Assembly: GCA_012295275.1 (NCBI GenBank)
Contig: CM022670.1
Coordinates: forward strand, 36,270,001-36,334,000
Length of the DNA stretch: 64,000 nucleotides
Direction: 5' to 3'
From: Chrysomallon squamiferum
Lineage: Eukaryota > Animalia > Mollusca
Shown here: positions 12,901-27,100 of the stretch, in pieces
Numbering within the stretch: the first letter of the stretch is position 1
Layout: each line of letters begins with the position of its first letter
Made by a program: the position numbers and the translations under genes
The notes under the pieces: model-generated
What the model saw: the letters and a program-made list of their open reading frames with translations, nothing else
Databases searched by the model: none
Told to the model about the DNA's origin: nothing

Positions 12901-15900
12901 TTATTTCCCATATTAAGAAATCCTTAAAAATTATGCACACAAAAAGCCTTTGCATGATAATAAATAAATGGAATTGCACAAATAATATAAAACAATTTTG
13001 AATACACTTACGGATGATGCGAGTCAGGCTTGTGCATAGAATGGTATAAACCAAATCCAAGAATTATCTGCAATGAAGATTTACTGATTTTTATAATGCT
13101 GAATTTTAAACATCAACAGTTTCTTAATACACATTAACAAACTAACAATAGCATTCAAAAGAATCTGTATTTAAAAATATATTTTTATAATGTTGTCTTC
13201 TTTTTTAAGAAAAATTAAATAATTCTTGTTGTTTTTTGTTTTTTCATTTATATATGTCAATGTCTTCTGTAGGCCACATCTTTTGTTCTTTAAATAAAGA
13301 GTGCCTGATATAGAAAAAGGGAATTTTACTTATAATAATTAACCATATTTACCTGATTTAGTGTATCAGCTATTGAGTGTATAAACTCTGAAAACATACT
13401 ATGTGAGCCAGTGTAAGTCCAAGCAAGACCTTTTATCAAACTGTTTAAGCCATTTCTGTAAACAAATTTTACATTACAATTTATATTTTAAGAAAAATAA
13501 ATACAAAAAAGAAATAATCTTTAAAAATTCATGCTATCTCTGTATTGCATCGTCTAATTTAATAATCTAGTTTAATAAATTTGAATTAATAGAATTATGC
13601 AAATTTTATAGAATTCATTAGTCCTAAACAAAATTTGTAGTAAAAGTAAAATAATTAAGAACTATAAAAAAAAATATTATTACCTTATGTTTTTAGAAAA
13701 TTGTTAGGACATACTTATAAACACACTTACAGACAAAACACAACACACATACACAAACACATGCACACACATTAATGACATAGATGTGTATACATGTATA
13801 AATTAAGATCTACCATTAATCATGAAGATCTTTCTATCTGCTTTGTATTTGTAACATCAAGAGAAAATATACAAACCCTTTCAGTCCCCAGACTTACATC
13901 AAAATTGCAGACATAACCACTCTGCTTGACCCTGAGGACCAAAAAGATTCTGTCTGAAAATCAAATAAACCAGAACAATCTAAAACAGAAACAGAACCAA
14001 TTTGTTTTTAAGACCCAAACAAAGTAAACAGTATGAACTATTTTTACACCAACTGGTCTTAAATTTATTATTTGTGAGTTATAATACTGATTATGCAAGA
14101 TTTTTTGGATTATATCTTCAGCTATTACTTTCTGAACTTTCTCTTTGAACCATTTATCACTGTCAGATATTAGTGTTTTGGGTATGGGCCTTTCTGATAA
14201 TGTTAATATCCACCTAATGATGAGAAACATAATAACAACTGTAACAAGTACAGAGATTCTTACCATCTTAGAATCATTAAACATGGCAAATTCTGTCTGT
14301 CTTAAATTTACCCGATGCTTGTGCTGATCAATTATGGCACGAAGTTGAAATAAATCATCTGTAAAAGAAAAGTCTTGAAATAGAAAGCACTGACAACTTT
14401 GAATTGTAGTTTTATCATTTTTATTTAAAAAGAGGTAAAACAATAAGAAAATATAAATAAAGGTGGACATTTATGAGGACATGTAAAGGCTGTGTGCTTG
14501 AATATATAACTAACTGATATATATATTTTTTTAAACAAATTTTAAAAATAAAACCAGATGTAAGTTAAAGGATTGTAATTTTTTTCCGAAAGTTTTTTTG
14601 TAAGTAAAGATTTATAGTAATTCTGATATTTCAGTTGAGTGTAATTATAACTTTTTATAACAAAAACAAACATTTTGAACATTTTCACTTACATCTTCCA
14701 TCATAAAATCTTTCTCTTTCCAGTAACCTTTGTTTCTCCTTGGCTAAGTTTTCTAAACTACCCCAACTTTCTTTTGCACTGAAATGGAAATCGTATGACA
14801 CTTACCAAACATAAAAACATTAATTCATTTACTTCTGAAAGTAATTTGGAAGTTCAGACTTTAAGCAACATCATGTGTAACCATTTTGGATGTAAAACTT
14901 TGACACATGTTTATATATTTTAAATGAGTATAAATATATTTTTAACAATTATGTGTAAAAACACTAACAATAATTATTTTGAGAGTTTTCCCAATCCATT
15001 CCAAATACAACCAAAAATACTGGTACTTACATTGCTTCGACATCAGAACGTAAATACATGGTAATTTTAGGACCATATTCATAAGGGCTTCGGCGATAAT
15101 ATTTGGGGCATTTCTCAAGGTCACTGAAAAAAACAAATGCAGTGGGAAATTACAAATTAATTTAATAATGCAGAACAATAGCTGAAATTTTACTTTCAAT
15201 CTGTCATTGTGTGACAAATTATATTTAAATTTTTATTTTTTAAAATAATTATTATTAGAAAATAATTGTATAAAACATATTTAGCTAAACAGTGTTCCAT
15301 GTACAATAAAAGTTGAATATTAATTACTAAACAAACAAACACACCTTGGTTTCAGCAAGTACTCATTCATGGCCCGTACAGGAAGAATGTAGATATTGCC
15401 AGTGTAACTATAATCTAAGGAACTTTTCCGTGCTCGTGGTGTTACTAGGAACAAAACAGAAAAATGCTAAACTGCTTATAGTTTTACTAATTTTATTTAC
15501 AAATAATTCCTCTAGTAATCATAAAAGGAGTCTAATACATAAATAAAGTGAAACATATCCATTAAAAGGATGCAGAACAAGAAAAATAAATCCATATTAT
15601 CTTCTTTTTTTTAATACTGAAAGAATAAAATTTAATCTTTAAAAAAGGGGAGGGAAAAAAGGCTTACATCTGAAATCAATTAAGTATTTAATTATCTACC
15701 TTTGAGAACTTTAGGTGGTTTTGTGTCTGTTGCTGAGGACTTGGAGTCAGATGGTTTGGGTAACGGGGGTGTAACTGGTTCATCTGAGGATGTTGAAGGA
15801 GGTGGTACAGATGTCTGACTGACAGGTGTTGCAGTTGCTGTAAGTTTACTTTTGACACCATTGCCAGCTGGTGGAGAATCTTTTGACACTGAACTCAGTT

Positions 15901-16369
15901 TTCGTTCCCAGGCTTTGACAGTTTTCAACCAAACCTGATGGATTTTCTGCACTTGTTTTTGTGAAGAAAAATGTCTCTGACATTCTGTGGAAAGATAAAC
16001 AATAAAATAAACAGATCATAAAATTATTAATAAGACAAGTGGTTTAAAATATAATATAATTTTGTTTAAATCTTAAATTGTAATTCATCTATTTGGGAGT
16101 GCGGGACAGTTGATACATACTATATCTTAAGAATATTTTGAATAATTCTAATACAGATAATCATTTCAAAATTAGATAAAAATCTTAGATAAAAAAAGTT
16201 CATCAATTTTATTTTGAGTACATGCTGCTTTATATTAGTATATACTCATCTTTAATATAAATATTATTATTGAGTTACCTCTACAAACAACTGGAGTGAC
16301 TTTAGTTATCTGTGACTTTACAGCGTTACTCAGAATCATTGGAATATCAAAGGCAATTGGTCGCATCAT
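9965..16369 (-). CDS. SLC30A9: Zinc transporter 9 (cation diffusion facilitator, mitochondrial-type ZnT9)
   Basis: Exons (approx.): 16369-16280, 15984-15700, 15445-15345, 15124-15031, 14778-14693, 14358-14264, 13953-13898, 13455-13353, 13067-13012, 12658-12524, 12046-12007, 11686-11613, 11457-11246, 11127-11065, 10865-10739, 10489-10376, 10009-9965. ZnT9-type peptides: PVRAMNEYLLKPSDLE..YRRSPYE..MYLRSDVEA..WGSLENLAKE, GSHSMFSEFIHSIADTLNQ, DPNVTVVLLEDLAAVTGV, SLHDVKATEMGGQVRFKAEVDFDGREITR, C-terminus PDLRHVDLEAL*. Confidence 0.95.
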
Positions 16370-16487
16370 TCTCAAAAGATCTGAAATATTAACAGATGTA
16401 GAAAACACACACAAAAAAAAACTTATTATAACAATTTTAAGTCAATAAGTCAAAGAAATTTAAGTATTAAAAAATATTGGAATGAAA

Positions 16488-16521
<34 letters not shown>

Positions 16522-17087
16522 TAATAACTGACAACAACAACAATAAATAAATGCTAATCATGTTAAAAGGTTAAAATATAAATACATAAACATTTTTTTC
16601 TTTCTTTTTTTAAAGGTAATACATGCTGTAATTTTTAACAACAATAATTATAAATTTGTTTAACTCAATGTTTATCTTGGGGGTTCGGGAGGGAATTTTC
16701 TTCACGATTATGGCCTATATAATGAAAAACTGAATAACATTAAACGTATATTATGTAATAATTATGTTCCTAAGTGCACGTATGTCATTATTTAATCGTT
16801 TAATTAATAGTAATATATGTATTAAACCATTTAAATTTTTAATGGAGCTTATTTCATTTCAAAGCTAAAAATATAAAGGCAAGCTCGTGTTTGTCTTATA
16901 AACATAAACTAACGTAAACAGTTTACTAATAATTCGTATGTAATACTGTAAAATGTCCCGAGACTTCACGAATCATAATGATAATCATGGGTTTTTAAAT
17001 TATTATTAACATTATTTTTAACTTAGTGCTGTATTTTTTATACGAATAATAATATTTATAAATAAATATTAGCCATATTACACTTAC

Positions 17088-17460
17088 CTCAGTCATAACA
17101 TAATATATTCACGGTTTGTATAGTTAAACACAAACGAGAGTGCCACAACTTAGATGACAAGCAATTTCTGGTCTCACAAAAGAGTTATTTTGGGTCAATT
17201 TGATCTATTTACAGTAGGGTCTCAAGAAACCTTTTTTTATTGAACATTTCGCAGGATTTGATATTGTGCTAAAGTTTGTCAAGTTGAGTATTTTCCAACG
17301 TTGTCAAAAATTTATTTAACTATAACTATAAAGCCATTTGTTTCAATGTTTATTTTAGCGAATAGCGACTGCGGTGTGACAGCGGCCTTCTTCTTAACGA
17401 CACGTATGGATAAACGTGAAAAATAAAAAGTTCACTTTCAGCCGATATTTATTTTTACAA
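17088..17460 (-). promoter_or_regulatory. 5' UTR first exon and CpG-retaining promoter region of SLC30A9
   Basis: Consensus donor GAG|GTAAGT at 17087. When spliced to the acceptor at 16381, an in-frame stop precedes ATG 16369. CpG dinucleotides are retained across about 16680-17460. Confidence 0.6.
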
Positions 17461-17700
17461 TGTGGATATGTCAGAAACTTTTCTTGTTCCATATCTTATT
17501 CATATTTTTTTTTCTTTTCATTTCTTTTTGTCTTTGTCATTGGTTTTTTTTTTTATTGACTGATTTATTTATTTAATATTCAAACTCATACAAAGTTTCA
17601 ATGTGGCAGTTTAACTTGTTACTATTTTTTATTCCGACTGAATGAATATTAAAACAGAACATTGTTATAAATTTTATTCTAGTATAATGATGAATATGTG

Positions 17701-17701
<1 letters not shown>

Positions 17702-17748
<47 letters not shown>

Positions 17749-17772
17749 TATTATTATTATTATTATTATTAT
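17702..17772. repeat. Abutting inverted microsatellite (AAT)n(ATT)n
   Basis: About 15 AAT units followed immediately by about 8 ATT units, giving a palindromic centre. Confidence 0.95.
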
Positions 17773-18637
17773 TAACATCATCTTTTATAATTAAGTACTT
17801 TCTAATAGCGAGGAAAATACATTATAGCCTTTGGGGAAAAATATGTAAAAAAAACAATACCAAATAATAGGAAATAGCCAATTGATTTATTAAAAGAGAT
17901 TAATCCTCATGAATGTGTTATTACCACTGAGCTGCTGTACATATTAAAAATGATAATATTATCAAATGTTATATGGGAGAGTTTTTAAATAAATCAAACT
18001 GATAAAACTAAAATCATTTCACTGTTTATTTCTAATATTTTTGGTATTATTGTAGTTTGTTTCCCAGCAGCTCATAAATAAATTAAAACCATTTCAGAAA
18101 AAGAATTGATATTTGACTGACATATATTTGAAAAAAAAATATATTTTGAATTGTTTATTTTTACTGTGCAAGTGGTAATAAAGATATAATATTAGTTAAA
18201 AATAAAATTAATACATTTACACAACACTCACACACGCACACATATTAATTCATATTGATTCTTAAGCCTGTTATTTACAAATAACTATGATGAAATTAAA
18301 CAGAAAAATAACATAACACTATAAATTTATTGTATATTGCATTTTATTAAATATTAAAAAACTACAAAAACAAATGAAATATATTTATGCATCTAAAACT
18401 AGTATAAATATCATGCTTATTAAATATGATTTGATAAGAATATTAATGTAAAGAGAAAAAAGATTTTATAAATCAAAAAAAAAAAAAGAAGTGTAAATTA
18501 ACTTTCCATTAATTAATTTACAATGATTTTCATAAAATGTTCTTTGACAATACAGTATTTTATGTGGTATACTTAATAAGGGTTGTATTATATAATCTGT
18601 TTAATTTGTGCCATGCCACAGGTCTGATTCAAATATA

Positions 18638-18668
<31 letters not shown>

Positions 18669-18790
18669 TTCAATCTACCAAATTATTTTGTATAATATTA
18701 ATGTATTAAAATATCACATCAGAATAACTAATGCTCAAGAGTTAATAATTTGTGCAATTTCATGTCAGCTGATTGTATTCTCCACTGAGC

Positions 18791-20583
18791 TCACAGAAAG
18801 CGTCTGAATACAAAATCTGCCAGATCAAACCCAGTGTATGTTCTTGTCAGATTGGTTAACAATCCAGCAATGGCCGTTGCAAGTAAAGCCATCAGTGCCT
18901 TCATGCCAAGCTTAAAACCTGGTATTCTGGAAGAAACAAAAAGAAAGAAAATAATAACAAAGATAAAAAAAAGAGAGAAAATAATCATAATAAATTTGAA
19001 TGTTGTATAAATTTAGTAATATGGAAAACATTGATGATTGATCATAACAGTTGTTTCAGTGAAGATGAGACACAATTTGCTCAAAAACCAATATGTTACC
19101 TTTTAAAACAAAAATATATGTGGGCAATTGTTGTTATTAACAGGCAAATACTTATTATTAAGCAATGATTTCTTATAATTTTATTCCCATAATTACTTTC
19201 AAAATATTTTTAGAAAAATAAAAATAAACAGAATTTAAGAATTGTTAATAATTCATAGATGTAATTCTATATACTGTAAGAAAAATATAATGAAATGATT
19301 TTTCAAAAAATTAATTACTGATTAGAAATGTATTTATTGTAGTATATCTATTCCTGCAATAAGTGTAGATAAATTATATAATGAAATTCACACAGTACAT
19401 ATCACTTGTTATCTCCTCAATTTAATAACATATAAAATTGGTTGTTAATTTTGAGTTACAGTACATACCTTCCTTCTACTGCCTTGCAGTAACCTTCAAA
19501 ATACATGCTCCTTGAGTAAATATACAGCAAGCCAGCAAGAGATGATGGCACTACAATAATGACAAAAAATTAAATTTGAATACAAATGAACATAGGTATT
19601 GAAACCAAAGATGGTGAAGTTTATAATAAAAAAATAATTTACATCTTTCCCAATTCCTAATCAAATGAAAACATCCTTTTACCATAGCAGGAGAAAAAAA
19701 TAATAATAATAAAAATTAAAAAATTAATTGAATTTTGCAGTGATTGCTCATTTCAAATTTTAAAAACTGTTTGAAAATATGAAAAGATAAAAATCAAAGT
19801 GAAATATTTAATAAAACTAACCTTGGTGAAAGAATATCCCAGACATCCACAAGCAAGTCATAAATATAGGAAAAAATTCAACAGAATTTTGTCTGAAACA
19901 AACAATCATCTTAATAAAATATAAATTCAACACGAATCAAAGGAATTGAATTCATGATCTCTTTTATTAGCAGCATATCTGAATAAAAAGAATTTTAAAA
20001 ATAAATAATTAGCATTAAATACATGAGCAGTTATCAGTACGTCTGTTATATTTAACAAAAAAGAAAGAAAAAAAAATTGATAATAATCTTAACTACTTTT
20101 TAAAATGTTATTAACATAATAATTTTACTAATCTGACAAGATATAAATTCTATCAAGCCATGTGCATGTGTGTGTGTGTGTGTGTGTGTACATATTCTAA
20201 TTATATATTTTTTTAATTACTGCTAGTAATAAACCTCTGAATATGTATAAAAATAGCTCTAATTTAAAAAGTTTGTTTAAATATAACTATACATACTGTG
20301 CTCTCACGGATCTTTCAAATGCTGGATCTCCAGTCATTTGTGGACACGTAATCTTAAACTTCTTTCTTAACATCCCAACTTTTCGAGCCATTGTTGCTGA
20401 GGAAAAATATTTACATTTGCCATCATGTTTTACATAGGAATATAAAATTTTCTACAAACAGATTAACTGACAATAATTAATTTTGTTAATAAACTAAAGT
20501 AGATGTATGAAATTCTATATTAGCATCACTGAGATAATGGAATACACGAATGCATTTAATAGAAAAATAAATAATTAAATATA

Positions 20584-20614
<31 letters not shown>

Positions 20615-21118
20615 TACTTTATTTAAAGAAGACAAATCAAATCACTTGAAATCTTCACTATGGTTCTAAACTACAAAAAAATGGATAATTTGTATTTAAA
20701 AATGTGAATTTAATTTTGTTCATTTTTATTAACAGTTAATTTATATGATTTAAATGGGGGAAAAAAAAAAACATTGATAAAATTGCTCAGACAGTTAAAT
20801 CAACTAAAGCTTTGTGCATCACAGTCAGAAGAGACCTTTAAATTTGTTCAATTCACTTGTTATGTCCTCTTTTGAACTTTTCAACAATGACCTTCAAATG
20901 TTATCATGATCAAAACAAACAAGAGGATGTAAAAAAAAAAAAAAAAAAAAATTCAAACAATAGAAAAATGTATTTAAACAAAATATCGTACTACTGTAAT
21001 ATTTATGCTTAGAATCTTTATATTAATGGTTCTTACCCAACTGGAAAGCTCCCAAGAGGGAAACAGCTGCAGGGAAAACAATATCTTCCAGTTTGAGAAA
21101 ACTTTGAGTAACAGCCAT
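18791..21118 (-). CDS. MGST2: MAPEG-family membrane enzyme, microsomal glutathione S-transferase 2 / leukotriene C4 synthase-like, 156 aa
   Basis: Five exons: 21118-21037 (82 nt), 20396-20297 (100), 19892-19822 (71), 19550-19469 (82), 18926-18791 (136); total 471 nt. Protein: MAVTQSFLKLEDIVFPAAVSLLGAFQLATMARKVGMLRKKFKITCPQMTGDPAFERSVRAQQNSVEFFPIFMTCLWMSGIFFHQVPSSLAGLLYIYSRSMYFEGYCKAVEGRIPGFKLG... It contains the FERxxRAQQNxxE MAPEG motif and the conserved Arg of RIxGF. Confidence 0.9.
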
Positions 21119-22936
21119 GTTGCCAGTTTTGAACAAAATGATTTCAGTGAGGACGCAGCAGTTAAAACTGCTTTGTCACTTGTCAAAAAAAGTGTACATG
21201 TCCATAGAAGATTAGCTGGAGCTCAGTAAACAGGCCAACAGAGTGAACATAGGTTAAATCACATTCACAATGGGGTTCATTCAGGGTTTATAAATAGATA
21301 TATAAACATACAGATGTGTATATCCAAGGACACAAGTGAGATTTAAAAGAAAATAATTTAGTTTTTTATTAAGAACACATTAAATTTTTGTTTTATAAAT
21401 AAAAAGAGTTTTGAGAAAATTATTACCCTGGCTTGTTTTATTAATATACAGCATATTATGAACTGGAATATATTAAATTATTTTACTATGACTATTTTTC
21501 ATATATTTTTAATTCTAAAATCAAACAATAATTTTGGTAAAAAAAAACCATGTAATCAAAATGCATGCTATGTTTTATTACTGTGGATAATTCTGTACTA
21601 GTGACATTTATGCTATTGTGTGTAAGACTTAGGAAAAAAGCTGAATCATTTGGAAGACACTTCACTTACTATATCATATATTTCTTTAAAAGTGCATTTT
21701 ATAACACATATTTGGATATTTACATTATACCTTCACTAAGTTGAATGACAGTTTTACTGACATATTTGTAGATATATAAATAACAGTAGCCATAATTAGT
21801 TTATGTGTCTGTACATTTTTAAAACAAATGCAGGGTTTTTATATTTAGAGTAAAAGAAACATTTGTAAATAAATAGTTACGATTACTAGAATTTGCTTTA
21901 AAATCATTTAAATTAGTTTATATATGGATTAGTTTCAGGAAATTTAATTCATCAAGAAAAAATAATTTAATGTGCTACTGAAATTCAGAGAAGTACTCAT
22001 TACTTGTAAAATATTACAAATTAAGAACTTGTGATTTTAACTGATGTGACAATTTTAATTATTTTCACATTGTTAATTGGTGTATCATCTCTATTATTTC
22101 CTACTCTTAGCTAGACAGTGGCCAATCTGTATTAAATTGAAATCAGTGATAGGAATGTCAGTCATATTTTCTGGTATAATTATGGTAAGAGAGAGGAAAA
22201 CAGAAAATCCAGTTTATAGGTTACTACTTTTAGCAGAAAGGATGATTAATATGCACATTCTCAAACAATGGAAAACACAAGCTACAGACTTTGATAAACC
22301 AGTTATAATAGACTGACTGGCAGGCGAAAGCCAATTTAAAGTTATCTGCATCATCCAGGTCCACACCCTGACTAAAATCCTTGGTAACACTATCGTTATA
22401 AAATTATTCATTAACATTTTAATATTAGATATTTCCCCTCCCCTGTTTCTAATTAGCCATTTCTAAACAGTAATATTTGACTGTTTCATGATTATTCCAT
22501 ATGGTATTATTATCCCCATGTAAATTTAAATAAGTTTTCTATTTACAGAGCTCAGTAATCAGTTTAAACTACAGTGATATCATAACTGATAACATAAGAA
22601 GAAAACATACACATAAAAACATGTTTATCTTATTTTCAGTGTATGAATATTTCCTCTTCAAAATAATTTTTTTTATGTCAACTGATGTAGGTAATGAGCA
22701 TATAAAATTATGAACTGATAAAATCTGAGCTAGGAAATCTGCTGCCATTATCCACATACTTTTAACTGCTGTCAGCAACATTTCTTTATTAGTTATCTTT
22801 CCATAGTAAATCCGACATCAATACTGACACAAACAGAACTAATTTCTCAAGTTGAGGAAAGGGTATTAATGATACAATTATATTAAAAAATTGGTTACCA
22901 AATTAGTTTATTAGCAAAGAAGAACAAAAAAAAAAT

Positions 22937-22974
<38 letters not shown>

Positions 22975-23825
22975 GGTTCAAATAAACTGATAACACACAA
23001 ACAAAAAAATAAAACAATACAAATATAAATTCTATAAACTTATTTATTCTTTTTATTTATCATATTAAATAAATATAAAATATGATTACAAACAACATCA
23101 ATGCAAGTAAAATGTTTTCTGATTTTTTAACCAACTGAACATTCTGTCACATTGTATAAATAAATACAGTTCTTATTACATACTGATATCTGTGTCAAAT
23201 TTATTATAATACATAAATTAAAAAGATATGACAAAAGGACGGAAATTACTGAACATATTTTACATCTGGCTTATTAGAATCTTTGTCAGATTCAAATTAT
23301 ATGAATATCATTTATTATCACAATTAATGATACTACATCTAGTAATTACTTTGTGTCTCTATAGCCTTTGTAATTAACATGTAAAATTATATCAACCAGT
23401 TAGCCATAGTAATATTTTACAAATACAATATTTATTTTAATTGTCATGTTTTTCAAATTTGGATTCATTCAGGACAATTTTTTTGATTATTCAAAATTGT
23501 AGAAAGAATTTCAGTATGTTGAAAAAATAAGTGAAACAACAACAAATTTTTTAAAATAATATAACAGTATCATAAATATATATTGCATTTTAAAATATAT
23601 TAACACCTTCACATATCAAATTTAAAACAGTTATTTTTAATTGATTTACATATAACAGTGTTTCATTTGGATAGCAATGTAGCTTTACTATTTCCAACAT
23701 TCTCCAGTATTTAATTCTTTATATCTTTTAATAATAATCTTCAAGTCTTCAAGATATTTTTAGTGTCAGTGGATCACACAAATTAATAATTGAATTTTTC
23801 TGCACTGTTGATTTGCCATTTTTTT

Positions 23826-24100
23826 TTAAGCAGAGTTCTCAAAAAAGTGTACAAGACTTTCCAAGTCATAATTATCTAAAATTTCCAACAATCCTGCAAC
23901 TTTGCCCTTGACATTTTGACCTTTGAACTTGAACTTGTCGATGTACAGATCTGTGATCATACCTAAAAAAAAAAGACAGAAAGTAGATAAAGCTTTTAAA
24001 ACCTTATCTTATTATAATTAAATATCTAAAAATACTTAAAAAATTAATATTTGTTTATTTATTATTATTATATATTTTTCTTTAAAAGAGCTTAATGTAA

Positions 24101-24155
<55 letters not shown>

Positions 24156-27100
24156 TTAATAATAATAATAATAATAATAATAACAGCATATATTATAAGA
24201 CAAATGTGATTTAAATGTCTTTCTATTCTAAAACACAAATGACAAAAAAACAACAACACCCATATTAAAAGTTATTATGAAAACCATATGAAGACCATTA
24301 TGAAGATTAACCAGCTATTAATCTGTGACTGTTTTGCTTAATATAAGAGAAAACTCGGATTATAGATGACAAATATTTACCATATAATCTTTCCAAGTGA
24401 CAAGGTTGTTTTTTAAATTCTTCTTGAATTTTGTCTGCATCATCCAGGATTTGTTGATACTCAGAAGAAAGAAAGTTTGTGTTCTGTTCATGTATAGCAA
24501 GCTCCTAATAACAAAATTAAATAATATTTATTTGTAACTCTAATGTTTAAAACAATCAACATATATTTGACAAAAAAAAAAAAAAAAAAATTTAATATTT
24601 GTTTTTATTCTTTTGCATAATTATCAAATATAAATAAGATAGTTTGGTAAATACTTTTTATCTGAAATATGAAAAGTTATATTAGGGCTCAAACAGTTTC
24701 ATTCAAAAAGGTTCTCACTCTTTTAGCTTAGATTCCCCCCACCCCTCCATATTATTATATTTCTAACATGATGTTTATCAAACAAGAAGTGCAGGATAAA
24801 AAAACAGTTCTATACCTTTAAACCATCAATGAGCTGAACTTTCTTAGCAAGCAGAAGTTGAGATTCCAGTCTTGGATGAATCAGACTGAGCGTATGAGGT
24901 ATCGAATCATCATTCACATCTAAAACATACCACAGTTATTTACTTATTAAATACATAACGGACTGCACATCTGTCAAATAAGATCTCTCCCCCAAAAAAC
25001 ATACACAAATATTTACAACCAAATAATAGCATGTCTCATTAGTGAAATAAAACCTATTCACATTTTTACTCTTATATTATTTATACTTCTGAAACACATG
25101 TCTTAACAATGTCTCTTTGAGACAAGAATTTTTCTGTTACATATTGTTAATCAAATGAAGATACTGACTATTTACAAAGGTAACAGTAGTTTAATGTCAG
25201 CTGGTTCAAAAGTTAAATGGAAACATCAGTAATGGATGTCTTGACAATGTCATTTTGAAATCGGAATATTTCAATTATATGTAGCTAACCAAAAGAAGAC
25301 TTTTGACAGGTAGTGGTAATATAATAGTTCAAGACTAGCTAGTTCAAAAGTTTATTACAGTTCAAAAATACAAGCCTTAATGATGTGATTTTGAGACAAG
25401 AATATTTTTGTAATAGTGAATTATCCGAATGTAGGTTTTGAAAGTTTACATAGGGAATATAATTTTAAAGGTAAGCTCCTCCAAAAAATAGATATATTTA
25501 CTCACCATATGTGATATCTAATCTTATTTTCTTTTTAGTTGCCTCTTTTGACAAAATATCCTTCAGAATAGAGATAGTGGAGATATTGTCAGATCTGAAA
25601 ATAGCTTCACCTTTCCTGAAATTATATTCAAACAATAGATGTTGCTAAACTTATTTACAATAATATTTGTGGAAATGTGGAAATTATATGACCTGTAAAA
25701 TGTGTTAGTAAAATAATATATCAATGTTATACTTTATATTTTTATATCACCTATAAAATGCATTTGTAAAATCTAATGATAGTGTTTTTAATAACAAAAT
25801 CACCTGTAGAAATCAAAATTAACAGCAAAATCATCGAATTTGTTTCTATTTGAGTGAACTAGTTTATCACACATTAACATTTGGTTCAATAAATATTTGA
25901 GTAATTAATACATTTTCATGAAAGATTAACAAAGGAGATTTGTAAACTGTAATACTGTTACTTCCTTACTTGTAGCAACACTCAAGCTGTGTGTTAAGAA
26001 ATGTTGACTCAAAATGGAAAGTGGCTGTGTCACCTGCTGGTGTCCTTTCAGGAAGTTCAGGCAGACAGAAACATATCCAGTTGTGCATCTCTGCTAAACT
26101 GAATGATCCTGTCAACTTTAATGTATTGTATGGTCTGAAATAAAAATCAAAGTATAGCTTTGGGGATAACATATCTGTGTGAAGCAAAGAAGGCTTTGGA
26201 AACATGAAAATTGTTGCTTTATAATGAATACATATATTGGTGAAATGAAAATAATTTGTAACTATTCTTCTGGCTCAAAAAAAACTTTCAAAAACAAATG
26301 GACACAAAAATGTTAGCAAGGGATCAGTTGTTATTTTAAAGTTTTCAGTAATAGAGAACAAAACTTAAACAATATGGTAAAATACTTTATATCTAAAAAA
26401 GAAAAAGAAAAAATTTAATTATTTTTGCATGTGGCCACAATAGTTTGAACTTTGATGTATTAATTCTGTATGTGTTTTTTCTGTGGGTTTTTTTTGCAAT
26501 TAACTTTAAATAATACACCACTTATAATGTAATTCATTTACTCCATATTATTTCACAATATTTTGTTGCTACAAAAAAGTTTCACATAAACTGAATATCA
26601 CAAATTACCTTTTGTCATCAAAAACATGAGTACGCTGATGCAGTGACAGTGGTTTGATCAGGTATTGCTTCACCTGACAGATCTTGGGCTGTATTCTGGG
26701 TGTCACATAGGCCTGTAGAATTCCATGTTGACCTTCTATAGATCTGACCTTCAGTTCCAGTCTGGTTGTGTTTGCTTGACACCTGTATGTGGCAAGAAGA
26801 AAGTTTCCTTCCTGGAAAGTCGAATAATAATAATAAAAGTAAAAACAAAAACAAACAAACAAACAAACAAACAAACAAATAAATAAATAAATAAAATTAA
26901 AATAAATATCAGTAATTCATAAATATTTAATTTCAAAAACATTTCTCTAAAGTAGAGTAATAATAATTCATATGTTAAAGCTAATAAGATTTTCATTGAC
27001 AGAATTTAAATTAAATCTATAAATTTTTCAATCTCAAAAACATTTAATATTTTAATTATTTTGATAAGTGCAATTATGTTTCAGTAAAGTGAAGTTGTTA

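Noticed and set aside
22315-22335. GGC-GAAA-GCC tetraloop here, and several CTGATGA motifs elsewhere checked for hammerhead ribozymes
   Set aside because: None shows the CUGANGA-stem II-GAAA-stem III-UH arrangement.
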